This document shows positions 12,101-24,000 of a stretch of DNA of 64,000 nucleotides, in pieces. How positions within the stretch are numbered: the first letter of the stretch is position 1; every line of letters starts with the position of its first letter. Source of the stretch: Podarcis bocagei. Lineage: Eukaryota. The stretch lies in NCBI GenBank assembly GCA_964188305.1, contig OZ076890.1. One strand, written 5' to 3'. Both the position numbers and the translations under genes were made by a program. The notes beneath the pieces were generated by a model that searched no databases, had not been told where the DNA came from, and saw only the letters and a list, made by a program, of their open reading frames with translations.

Positions 12101-15100
12101 CCCACTGGAGGGTTGTGAGGGCTGCAGAGGGAATGGACATGGGAGAAAATCGCCTTTTCTTACTTTAGCTGATGCCTCCACTGGATCAAAACCTATTATG
12201 TGAGCAGAACAGTAGCGATTGATTTCATTGATTATAAAAACATCTAATTACATTTGCAGGTGTACCATAGGTGTTGGGAGTTTAGTAGGCAGACTTGCTA
12301 CGTTTATTTTCTGTTTTGCAATTTTCAAGATTGAAATTTGAATTGGTCATGCTAGGTTTCTAAGATCCTCAATTATTATCTCAGTTTGCAGTGTCATTAA
12401 AGGGTATGCATTACCTAAAAAAGATTTCTCAAGTGCTCTCTGTCTCTCTGGAATAAGTTTTTTCTTCATCACTGAAATGCTAAACTACTTCTGCATGTAC
12501 AAATTGTGGGCTGTATCCAACTAAGTAGATCTGCTAGCACAAGGATTTCTGCTTTCACATGGGAGGTTTGCCACCCTCTCTTCTCCCACATGTCCATTCC
12601 GCACTCCCCAAATCTGCTCCAGAGGATTGGGAAGCCCCCCAGAACAGATTTAAGGGGGCACAGGAAGAGGAGAGGAGAGGGAGATGAAGTCCCTTCAGCA
12701 GCCAAAGGTAGTTGCACTAGTGGATCTGTTTAGTTGGATACTAAATCCCTTTGTCTTCTTGTCTCCTAGTTTTGCCATAAAATTACTCTTACTTTACCAT
12801 CTAATGCTTCCTTTATCGTAGGTAGTTGCTGTCTGTTTGGAGGGATGGTAACATTTGCTGACAATTTGATCTCTTGCAGATTTGTGGAAAGTCGTTTACT
12901 TACAAACACGGTTTAAAGATGCACCTCGCGCTCCATGAGGCACAGAAGCAGTTTAAATGTGAATTGTGTGATAAGTCTTTTGTCACAAAAAGAAGTCTTC
13001 AGGAGCATATAAGCATTCACACAGGTAAATGAGAGAGACCCTTTCTTATTAAGGAAAAAGTAACACCTGCACTATGCTTTCATGGGTGTATAAACTGAAT
13101 GCACTCAAACCACAAATATTTAGCTAGTGGTTTCAGTTCAGTTCAGCATTCCAGCCATAAGTGATGAGGGAGCTGAGAGACTAGAGCTCTCCTGTTTCAA
13201 TTTTCAACTGGCAGCTTTGAATCGGTATATTAAATTCAGCTTTATTTTATATTAATTGCTTATTTTATGAACATTGTTGCTGATTCATGGTGTTAACAGT
13301 TGAATCAGCTAAAAAAGGGGAATGAAATTATTTTCTCCGCATCCCTTACCACAACTTATCTCCCATTTGTCTGTAGTATAGGGTGAGGCTTTTCCCTTTG
13401 TCTTCTTTGTAGTCCCGCAGTCTCTTTTCTGTAGCCACTGCCTGACTGTTCATCATCTCCTGTAAGCTTCTTCCATTTCCACAGAACCATATCGCTACAA
13501 ATTTCTCTACAATTCTGATGCCTTCTTGGCCCTGTTGTACTCATTCCTTTCTTCTGCCTTAGCTGGCTTCTTCTAAAGAATGTTTGAATTATTGGTCAGT
13601 TGCATTGTTAGTCAATTATTCAATGCCTAAATATTTTTCCTACATGTGTAAAAAGACTGGAGTGTGGTGCAACATGCCTTAACTGCCCCTGTGCCATAAT
13701 TGTCAACAACATATCTACCTACTCTCAACTTTCTTTCATCCCATTTGCTGCCTCTCCTCCCTTTCCTAGTGAATATTCTTCTTTTTCTTCTTTGTTAAAG
13801 TTGTATACCACCTTTCACCTGAAGATCACAGTGCAGTACACAGCATAAAAAACCCAAGAACAAAAAATACATAATTAAAAAACATAGCATTTTGCTGACA
13901 ATGGACTCCAAAACTCCGGTCTTGTTATAGCCTACACTCCCTGGTAGATGGAGCCTAGTTGGGCTCTCCGTCAGTCAGTCAGTCAGCAGAGACTGGAGTG
14001 GGAAAGGATTCCTTCTGAGGACCAAAGATGCAAAAAAAAGGCTGGCTTCCTGAAGAGGAGGAATTCCAGCAGCTGTGGAGGAGGGCCAGATGAACAGCTC
14101 ACTTCTTCCACTGATGGTCTCTAGCTGCTACTACCTCTGAGAGCAAAGTATCTATTTTCCTCAGCTAACCTCCTTCCTGTTATATTTGCTCGCATTGTCT
14201 TCTCTCATATTTTAGGCAAAACCATGCAAGGAAATGCATTTCAAAAGCATTTTTAATGTTAAAAATATTTTTTTTTTTGCCTTAAGTTGAATACGATAGC
14301 ATCTATTAAAGCCATTGCTGCTATTATTTTGTCAGGAGAATCAAAATACTTTTGCTCACACTGTGGAAAGTCTTTCCATAGAGCTTCAGGACTTAGCAAG
14401 CATATAAAGAAACACCAGCCAAAACCTGAAATTCGGGGATATCAGTGTACTCAGTAAGTATGAAAAGAATTGCAAGCCTTTAAATGTTTTAAGTATATTT
14501 TTGCCAATTTCAGTGGGTATCAAAATGAATTCCCATGTTACTTTTACAGAAATCTGCCAGGCTGTTTCAGGCAAGCCATGCCCGCTCCACAAAATATGAT
14601 GTCATGTGTGGGGTAGATAAGGGTGAGGCTTGGCTCCCTGCTTCCCAGACACCTGACATTGAGATTATCTCAGTTGGTAGAGCATGAGACTCTTAATCTC
14701 AGGGTTGTGGATCCTGTATTGCAGGAGGGTTTGGACTATATAATCCTTGTGGTCCCTTTCCAACTCAACGATTCTATAGCAACCAGATGGCTGTTGGGTG
14801 CATCAGAAGTGCCATACAAAGCACTTTGCACTTTGCAAGTGCTTTCTGCACATCACTTCTCAAGTGCCCATCAACCAGCTCACTGTGAGGCATTTGGGAA
14901 GCGCTGCACCGAGTGCTTTGCAAACCTTGTGCTTGGCGCTTCCCAAGCACTGAGTGCCGGGTTTCCAAAGCTTGCTCGCTGTGCGCAGGCAGCTCTTTCC
15001 AAACATCTGACAATTAGCTGGTTGTCAGGTGTTTGGGAAGGGTGGCACACAAGGCTGAACAAGCCCTTCAAACTGCTTCTCCCCCGTGGACCAACTTTTA

Positions 15101-18100
15101 CAGGTGTCAATTGCTCAAAGCCACTTTGATTTCAGACACGTGGTTGGTCCTGCCCATCTGTCCAAGGTGGGTTACAGTGGTGGTTGGGAGATGAAGACCT
15201 GGCCCACCTGGCCAAAACTGTTCTCCACCCCTGGTATAGATTATTTGTGGTTTAATGTGAAAGCAGAGTTTTGCTCTTATCACACTTCATTTCTTATGAC
15301 TTGTACAGGGCGAGTCCTTTAAAAGAGGCCCCGTGGATACAGAGTACATATGTTCCACGGGGCATCTTTTAAAAGACTCACCCAGTACAATGTTGCTTGT
15401 GATAGCATAGGGGTGAGTGAGTGGCTGTGGGTTTCTTAGGGAAGGAAAGTTGATTTGTCTTTAAAAGGCATGGGAACAATTTTTCAATAGAAAATTTGGG
15501 CTCAAAATCAGACTCTTTTTTTTTACAAAAAAATTTATGCTATATTACACTTTGTAGCTAAGACCACTATAAATCAAACAAGCTTGCTTGTCAAGAAAAA
15601 AAAGAAAGTGAATAAAAAGGGAGGGGGGAGGGAATCAAACTGTTTTCTATAAGGTTAGAGGATTAGCCCGTCATCAGACTTTTGTAGCATAGCAAGTTGG
15701 GCCATACTTTTGTGAAGTATTAGACGCCTGTTAATGGGGATTATTTTTATAGGTTTTAAATTTTTTTACTAACATTAATTTCAGTGTATCTATTCTAACC
15801 TGCCACCCTGGGCTCCTTTGGGAGGAAAAGCAGGACAGAAATCTAATAAATAAAAATAAGCAACTCTCCAGATCCAGCCCATAGTTACATTAACATGAAA
15901 TAACAGTCTAGTTGGACATGCAGCTTATAGCTGTACCTCAAATACCTTTCCCAGTAAGTTCCTTTAACCAAATGTGTACAATTGTGTACTGTTTCAGATG
16001 TGAGAAAAGTTTCTATGAACCCCGAGATCTCCGACAGCACATGAACAAGCATCTTGGGGTGAAACCATTCCAGTGCCAATCCTGTGGAAAGTGCTATAGT
16101 TGGAAAAAAGATTGGTATTCTCATGTGAAGTCCCATTCTGTTACTGAGCCTTACAGGTAAATCAAGTAAACTAGTCTAAGCTTTGAATAAATACTCAGAT
16201 GATAAAGACCTGTAGCCAAGTCAGTGTGTACTTCGTAATTCTGCTTGTGCATAATTGAATGACTTTTGGATGCATATTTTAAAATTCTGGCACATAGCCA
16301 TCAGGAATGATTAATATAAAATATTTTGATTATCGCCTCAGCTTAGACTTCCTACAGCTCCTTAAAGTTTCTTAATATGTTAAAAGGCAGCTTTGTACTC
16401 ACCAAGTAATCTGATTGGGATAAAAATGACTTCCCAGCCCAAACACTTATTACTGTAAGAGTTATAAATACTTTTAGGACTTTTCTATCCTGCTCTAATT
16501 GTCTTCTCTCATTTTTTAGGTGCAATGTGTGTGGCAAAGAATTCTATGAGAAAGCTTTGTACAGAAGGCATGTCAAGAAAGCAACTCATGGGAAAAAAGG
16601 AAGAGCAAAGCAAAATTTGGAACGTATTTGTGAGCACTGTGGGAGAAAATTCACCCAGCTTCGGGAGTACAGAAGACACATGAACAACCATGAGGGTAAA
16701 TCTGGCAAGTTTAATTTTAAGAATAATGCCATGTTTCAATAAATGAACAAAAATTGGGACTTAGAAAACATTAAATTTAAGGGGGAAATGGTTCCAGTCA
16801 GCACTGCTTTGAGATGGGCTAAAAATAATGGACTGGGTATAAATAAATGGTGCATTTATGAAATGACAAAAAATTAATGAACAAATGAGACTATCATGCA
16901 GTATCCAGACTGCCATGATTTTCTTAGCTCTGTATAATTTTTCTACATACATCTTTGTAGAGGACTTCAGTGACTTTCAAGTATGCTTTATGAATCCAGC
17001 CCATGGACCTGATTAGACCCACTAGGGCTCCCCATTGGGCCTGCAGTGCCATTTTGGACATGCCCAATGTCTTCAGGTGTGGGGCAGGAAGAAACCTGGC
17101 TCAGCTGAAAGGGCATTTGCAGACTAAACAGCTGATCAGTGTTGCATGGAAAGCCTTAAGCAAAGCACTGCCTAAGGTATCAGTCAGCTGATTGTTGGCT
17201 CTTCAGCAGCACCTTTCAAAGCATTGTGCAAGAGCACTTTGAAAGGGGCTCCTGAAGACACCTGGGGGCAAAAGGTGATTGGGTGTCATGTGCCAAAGTT
17301 TGCCCACAATACGGGAGGGTAACCATTTGATCCACTGGCCAGATCCAATCGTCCACCCATGCAGTAAATCGTTAAGGAAAGTATTGTAATGTTAATAAAA
17401 ACACTATTTCAACAAAGGTTCAAATGCAGAAAACGCTCCAAGTGGCTGGTAGCAATATATTGTAACATGGGCAGATGAAAAAAGAGTGAGTGCTCTATTG
17501 TAATTTGGGGGTCTGAACTAATTGATACAGGAGTATTTCTTAATTACCCTTTTGGTAACCAGTAGGTTTTCCTTAGCCTTTCAAACATTACCTCCTTTCT
17601 TTCTTATTTTGTTAAATAGGTGTTAAACCCTTTGAATGTCTGACCTGTGGAGTGGCTTGGGCTGATGCACGTTCTTTAAAGCGCCACGTACGGTCACACA
17701 CTGGAGAGAGGCCTTACGTTTGTCCAGTATGCAATGAAGCCTACATAGATGCCCGTACCTTAAGGAAGCACATGACCAAGTTCCACAGGGATTATGTACC
17801 TTGTAAAATTATGCTGGAAAAGGACACACTTCAGTTTCATAATCAGGGAACCCAAGTAGAACATGCTATCAGCATTCTAACATCTGATGTGCCAGAACAA
17901 GAAACAGAGGTTTGCAGTGAAGAGATTGAAACAGTAGTAGTGACTGAAGAAACACTGGAAACAGGTGCAATTGCTGAAGACTGTACAACAGTTTCCACAC
18001 TTTCTGACCAAAGTATCATGCAGGTCGTCAATTATGTGTTGGCACAACAAGGACAGAAAATGACTGAGGTCACAGAAGCCATTCAAACTGTAGAAGTGGA

Positions 18101-18128
18101 GGTAGAACATGTTTCTGATCCAGACTGA
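2519..18128 (+). CDS. ZBTB11: Zinc finger and BTB domain-containing protein 11 (11 coding exons, 1055 aa)
   Basis: Exons 2519-2828, 4887-5122, 5272-5503, 6950-7818, 9901-10080, 11279-11512, 12880-13024, 14336-14453, 15998-16156, 16520-16695, 17620-18128. All GT-AG with compatible phases, total 3168 nt. Start MSSEESYLAILRYLTNEREPYAPGTEGN, integrase-like HHCC motif, BTB (FCDVTLLIEG...HKSILAANSEYF), C2H2 finger array. Confidence 0.97.
8661..8902. mobile_element. Tc1/mariner-pogo (Tigger-like) MITE, family A
   Basis: TIRs CAGTGGTACCTC...GAGGTACCACTG with TA target duplication. Six copies of this family in the window. Confidence 0.88.
14665..14780 (+). mobile_element. tRNA-Lys-derived SINE with CR1-like tail, internally deleted
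   Basis: ctcagttggtagagcatgagactcttaatctcaggg resembles the tRNA-Lys(UUU) 5' half. Tail ggtccctttccaactcaacgattctat resembles the CR1 3' end. Confidence 0.75.
15306..15385. mobile_element. 80-bp palindromic mariner-type MITE (MADE-like)
   Basis: cagggcgagtcctttaaaagaggccccgtgga ... tccacggggcatcttttaaaagactcacccag, flanked by TA on both sides. Confidence 0.7.
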
Positions 18129-18274
18129 ATACAAAAGTTCACGAATAAGGAAGGTGACCTGGGTGAAGCGGCATGCAATTATCAAAGTATTAACCATCGT
18201 ACTGGTTGGATTTTTACAGTAATAGCTCCAGAACACTGCTCAGAGTTTCTTGAATGTGTAATACCAACCTCTGT

Positions 18275-18370
18275 AATAAAACACAAAATCAAATACTTTC
18301 CTTATAAGCCATGGACATGTACTAAGACTACTGATCAGTTGTAATCACTTAGTAAAATCTCAAAAATAAA
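18275..18370 (+). terminator. Proximal ZBTB11 polyadenylation signals
   Basis: AATAAA at 18275-18280 and 18365-18370, the latter followed by GU-rich sequence. Confidence 0.55.
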
Positions 18371-18434
18371 GTCATTGGTGTGGTAGTGTTAGGTATGTTG
18401 TAGTTTTTGTTTTCCCCTCTGCAGTTTGCTTTTA

Positions 18435-18572
18435 CAGTGGTACCATGGGTTAAGAACTTAATTCATTCTGGAGGTCCACTTTAGCTAATGGGGCTAAGTT
18501 CTTAACCCGAGGTACTATTTCTGGGTTAGCGGAGTCTGTAACCTGAAGCGTCTGTAACCAGAGGTACCACTG
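18435..18572. mobile_element. Tigger-like MITE family A, internally deleted copy
   Basis: TA-CAGTGGTACC...GAGGTACCACTG-TA, 138 bp versus about 210-240 bp for the other copies. Confidence 0.85.
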
Positions 18573-20419
18573 TATACTGCTGTTTTGGCTTTGTTGGGCA
18601 GTTTGGTATGCTACGGTGTTGTGCCAATCACTTAAAAACTCAGCTATGTTTGAAGTTCACTGAAAAGCAGGATAGGAGTTTGATCTGCAAGTTTACCTAT
18701 GAACCTGTTATCGATATAGATGAATATTCTGATCATGGGAAGGACTGAGGTGGTGAGTTGTACTCCAGTGTGTATGTTGGGGCAAATCTCTGCTGCATTG
18801 TACATTCCTGCACTTTTTCAGTTTTGTCTCTTGCATAACCTGTAAAAGTACTTTTAAGATTGCATGTCCTACAACTAGCAAACATATTTGTATACTTTAT
18901 ATATATATGCTGGTGCAATTATGCTTCATTAAGAGCACTGTAAACAAAGAAAAACTAAGGAATGTGCTGTGTATATGAAAGCCAAGAGTGGTTATTTTAT
19001 TTTGTTGTACATTTCAACATCAATGAAACCTAACTTTTGTATATGCAGTTTTGAGAGGTAAGGAATTAAAGCCTAGTTGCCAAGATTAATAATTTTAAAA
19101 AGAAAAACTTGACCCATTAAGAGTTAGATGCAAAAGAGCACCATAGGGTTCCAATTGAGTTGTTTATCAAACCATAACGGATGAAATCTATATCCATATA
19201 AGTGATATTGAGCTACTGTTGGTAAACTCTAATCAAGCCAATTACTATTTATTATAGAGGCTTGAAGTTTGTATTTGCAAAGAAATTAATTTCTGAATCA
19301 ATTAGGAGCTAAGCTGTTACTTGTTCTCTGTAAAAACAGACCAACAGAACCAATGCCTTATATGAAGTACAACATCTCCTCCCATAATGGGGATATTGAG
19401 TCTTTGTTTTCTGCAGATTGTAAGTGGTGATTGTCTCTTGTAAAGCTACCAAGTAACAATTTACTGAAGCAGAAAGCAAAATTGTTTAGTGTCTGTAAAT
19501 TATGTATACCTTGATTAGTCATATATTCAAGAAAACTATTCACAAGGACTATAGAACTCAGTATGCTTGTTAAAAAAAAAATGTAACCATGTGAAACATG
19601 AAGGCAAGGGACGTGTAATGGGAGCAGACTTGGCTACAGGTTCTAGTCCCCCCCCCCCCGCTACTTTAAAAATACAGTCAAGCCAGCAATTGAATGGGTA
19701 TAAGCACCACCATGTGGATCCAGTATGGCAACATCTGTGTCAGTGGCAACGCGGCTTCATCTCAAAAGTTGTTTAAAATATTATAGTGTCAGTAATGATG
19801 TCTGCTTCTAAACATTCTAAATTGTTTACTGTACACATAACTAGTTCAGGCTTTCACCTATCTTAAAAGAATCATGAAATTCCAGTTGAAATTCTGATAC
19901 CTGGCAACAGTAGTTAACTTACAGGGGTCCAAGTTTTCATCTGTCTCACTTTGTTTTCATTAAACAAAGGATAGCCAGTTAAAGAATACTGTTGTGTTAT
20001 GTTGCTAGTTGGTGTGAGAAAAGATGTGAAGTTGTTTGTTGTTCAGTCGTGATGTATTTGAAACATTGCTTCCTCCAGTGACGGCAAGAAGCCCTACTAT
20101 TGCAGAAATTTAAATTCTCAGGATTATATCAATCTACAGTATAGGTATTTTAGTCTTGACCTTAAATCTAAACACAAATTTTAATAGTAAAAACAAACCA
20201 GTGCTTGTTTAAAACTGGAAAAGTATTCCTGTACTGTTATATTAGTATGCATGTACATGGTACTATATAAAGAAGGTATCTACAAGCAAGAAAAAGAGAA
20301 AAGAGCTACTGGGATGTAATTTCTCTGTTCAAAGGATAGGAGAGGCTATTCTTTCACAAAGTGGTTACATTGTAGGTAATGAACTGGAAGGGGTAGGACC
20401 TCTTATGCTCTTTCTGTAG

Positions 20420-21070
20420 TAATTTCTCCACCTTTGGTCCCCACCCTGCACTCAGCTCTCACCAGTGGCTACTAGAAGCTGTCAACCTGAAACAGTGACC
20501 ATACCTTTGGAAATGGCTTCAACTGGCCAGCTAAACCAGGTGAGGGTTGGTGATGGGTCTCAAACCCTCAGTAAGGTTGGGGCTTCCCCTGCATGTGAAT
20601 ACAGGCTCTGGCAGATTTAGTGGACAAGACCAATAGTGGGTCCAATAGTCAAGGTGGTGGTTTCTGCACGTGCTGTGGACAGACGTGAGGGGCAGATGGC
20701 GCTTGTCAACCTGGGAAGGTAGCCCATCTAGGAGAAGGAAAACTGATTTTAAACCTCTGCTGCCCTGTAGGATATCTGTAGGAGAAGAAAAGGCTAAGGA
20801 GTAAACCCTCAAGAGTGGAGTCCCTAAGATGGTTGGATGGCACCTTGAATGCCTCCTTCCAGCAACTCCTGCAGCCAAGCTCTGCTTTCCTTTGAACCAC
20901 ATCAGCAAGGGGTCTTGTAATGTCTAGGCAGCTCAGAACCTCCATACGCACTGCCCAAACTTGAGCCCGAAGGAGGTCACTTCAATGCTGCTAAAGCAGC
21001 GATTTGACTTCACCCCTGGAGGTGCATTCCATTGTCTCTCGAGACAGATGCCAACAACGCAGAAGGAGAG
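20420..21070 (+). mobile_element. Probable RTE-clade LINE 5'/UTR fragment
   Basis: GC-richer block in AT-rich intergenic DNA. The motif ccatctaggagaaggaaaactgatttaaacctctgctgcc resembles RTE 5' regions from memory. No ORF. Boundaries approximate. Confidence 0.35.
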
Positions 21071-24000
21071 AGAAATGGAAGGATAAACAGGCTTGAATAT
21101 GCAACTGGCTTGGTTACAGAAAAGCAACCTTCTTGCATGCAGGTACCCTTCAGATTTTTGGACTACAGCTCCCATAATCTCTTAAGCATTGGCCATGATG
21201 ACAGCTGCAGTCCAGAACATCTGAAGGGTTGGGGAAGGTTGCAGTATAGTATTGGAGGCTAAGGTATTGTCAAAATATTAACTCCTCAGAGCAAAGAGGA
21301 ACCATCCATTACCCTGGTGCTGCAGCAGATGACATCACTATTGCTCTAATAGTCCCGAAGCTGTACTCCCTTCTTAACTATACCACTTACAATGGCGAGA
21401 TTAGCACTAGCAATTTGTGTCATGCCTGACTGATATCTTCCACTGGACAAACCCAGGTTCATCATAGGCTTTGACAGCTACTGAAGTTAATAGGGAGTTT
21501 CGACTAGAGCGGAAATCTTGCAGCCAGTAGTCTTCCTCTGCTGGGTTAAAAACCTCATCCCAGACACCCATACTAGTACCCAGTGGTAGTGGTGGCGTAT
21601 TAGAAGCTAGGATCTGTTGCCCATACTCCAAGCAGCTCTGGAAAATATCACAATGCCTTACAACCCACTCTGTAAGCAAAACTCGTCACCCTGAAATGCC
21701 CAATTACAAGACATTCTCTTGAACCAAGAAAGAAGCAGTAATGACTGATATTGTTCCTTGCACCCCTAATTTCCTAGTGCCTGTTTTACATTATCTTTTC
21801 AAAATGGTTTACGTATTGCTGCATCGTCTCACGTTTTTCTATAATTCATTAAAATAGGTTTACTGCTATTCTAACAAAAGGCCTCAAATCAGCTTAGTGG
21901 CACATAAATGTACAAATGACAACAAAATTTAAACAGCAACAGATTCCCTGATATATTTTCATTCTTCCTGAAACCACAATGTGGGTCCTCCGAAAAAGGA
22001 GCTCCACAATTGTAAAGATGCACTGGTATGTCTTAAAAGTCAGCACCTGCTCTTATTTCTTGCAGTTGATTTGATTCATTTTGACAGCTTCTGAGATGTG
22101 TATACAATATTGAACTTTTTTAAAAAAAACCTTTTTTAGGATTCAATAGTGCTGGCACAAAACAGTATGCAAGCTTTTGAGTTTCCCAGAACTCTTGCAA
22201 GCCAGATATTAAGCAAAGGTGGGGAAAGTATGATAGGGAACTTAAGCTTGCTCCCGATTTTGAAATACTACCTGTAATTTTATTAAATAGTGTAATAAAC
22301 ATGTTGCTACGCTCCAATCGTTACATCTGTGATGACGCATTTTAATTAAAATCAACAGAATTGAAGTACCTCTAACTGGCTTGCCACAGGTGCATGAACT
22401 GGAACTGCTCCAATGCCTGGAAACCAGCAGCTGGCACTTAGGAATTTTACATATCTTGAGCCACATAAAAATATTGTGCCAGGAGATGGGACTATTGTAG
22501 AACATGCTCACAATTTGCGTGTAGTGAGGAATTTGTGTTTTGTACTTCAGTTTCAGTCGAACTAAGTTAAATACTGTAAGTGATCTCATGAAACTAGAAA
22601 TGGGATGGGTAGAAGAAAACAGTGTGCTTTCTTTTTGTTGGTAGGGATGGTAGGTCCAGCTCTTAGTGATGCTCCTATCCCTTTAAAGTTCATTCAAACC
22701 AAAATTTTCATCTGCACAGCATTTCTTGTCACTGCAACTGCATGTACATGAAATGATAGCTTTAGGTGAAATCATTTTCTGAGCGGCTCTTAGAAATACA
22801 GGAGCCCTCTCAGCTTGGTAACCTCTTGCCACCCATTTAAAAGTACAATTTTAATACTCTTGCTAATGTATCCCAAGCAATAAAACAACAGCAAACACCA
22901 AGATGAAGTACTCACTACTACTTAGTTCAGCAAAAAGAGGCTGGTTAGATTTGTGTTCTTGCCTCACACTTTTGACATTTGACTTTGGGGGCAATACCAG
23001 CCTTATTGTATAATACCAACTATAGTATGATAGTGCTAGATTTATAGAGTAACAGCCTGCTCACACGCCTATTTGTAATGCTTCATATTTTATACTGAGC
23101 TCTATATATGTACACACAAATGTTCTGGCCCTCTGCTGTTTATTTCACATTTTACTTCTGTATAAGCAGACCAACATTTTGGCAATACAGCAGTTTTAAT
23201 TTAGTTCCAATTGCTGGAATTGAGCAGCAAGTTTATAGCAACTTGTTAGCTGTTAAACAAATATTCCATATTCTTCTCTCCAATTACTAATTCTGCCTAG
23301 ATACCATTTCACTATTAGGGCAGATTCAGAAACCTCCGTGAGTGCAGCTTTATTACCATAACTTGAAATTTTGCCAAATTCAGCCTGCTAAAGAGTAATA
23401 AATCAAGGTGAAGGCTGCTGAGCTGGCAGCATGTACCCCAGTTCTGATCTGGAGATAAGCAGACAAAGCAAAGGAGCAGGAATAGCACACTGAGAGTCCT
23501 GAAAAAGGCAGTTGGCAGCAAGCTGCTTTTTTAAAAAGCATCCTGAAAAACAGGGTTAATGCTCTACACACCCATTCCTGACCTCTATTTGACAAACAAG
23601 CAATGACAAATATTTTGTTTGCAGAGAGGTTAGCATGCAAACATATCAAATCCTCTAAAGTAGTGGCTTTCAGATCTTCACAAAGCCCTGTCCAAACCCA
23701 TCATGGAACCCGCAGAGCAGCAGGAGACTGGAAAAGGTTTACACCGAGTTTATGGAGGGTAGTAGCCATGCCTGTTGGGCATCATCACCAGAAATGAAAG
23801 TGCCCCCAGACTTCTCCAATGGCTGCACAGACTAAAGATCATCAACAGAAAACATGCAGTTTTTCCAAGTACATTTGTCACTACTGATCTCACTGGGAAA
23901 TCCTAGGAATCATGAGAACCCACTTTGAAAAATTCTTTTCTACACCAAAAGAAATCTGTGATAAGAAAACAAATTGAAAAAGCAACTCCTGCCTTTTGTA

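Noticed and set aside
14665-14710. tRNA-Lys gene (also 33110-33165)
   Set aside because: Only the 5' half resembles tRNA. The T-arm and acceptor stem are missing or degenerate and a CR1-like tail follows, so it is a SINE.
14790-17360. Two GC-richer intronic blocks (14790-15235, 17000-17360) with ORFs up to 168 aa
   Set aside because: They look like old non-autonomous DNA transposon remnants, but I could not define TIRs or TSDs and found no coding signal.
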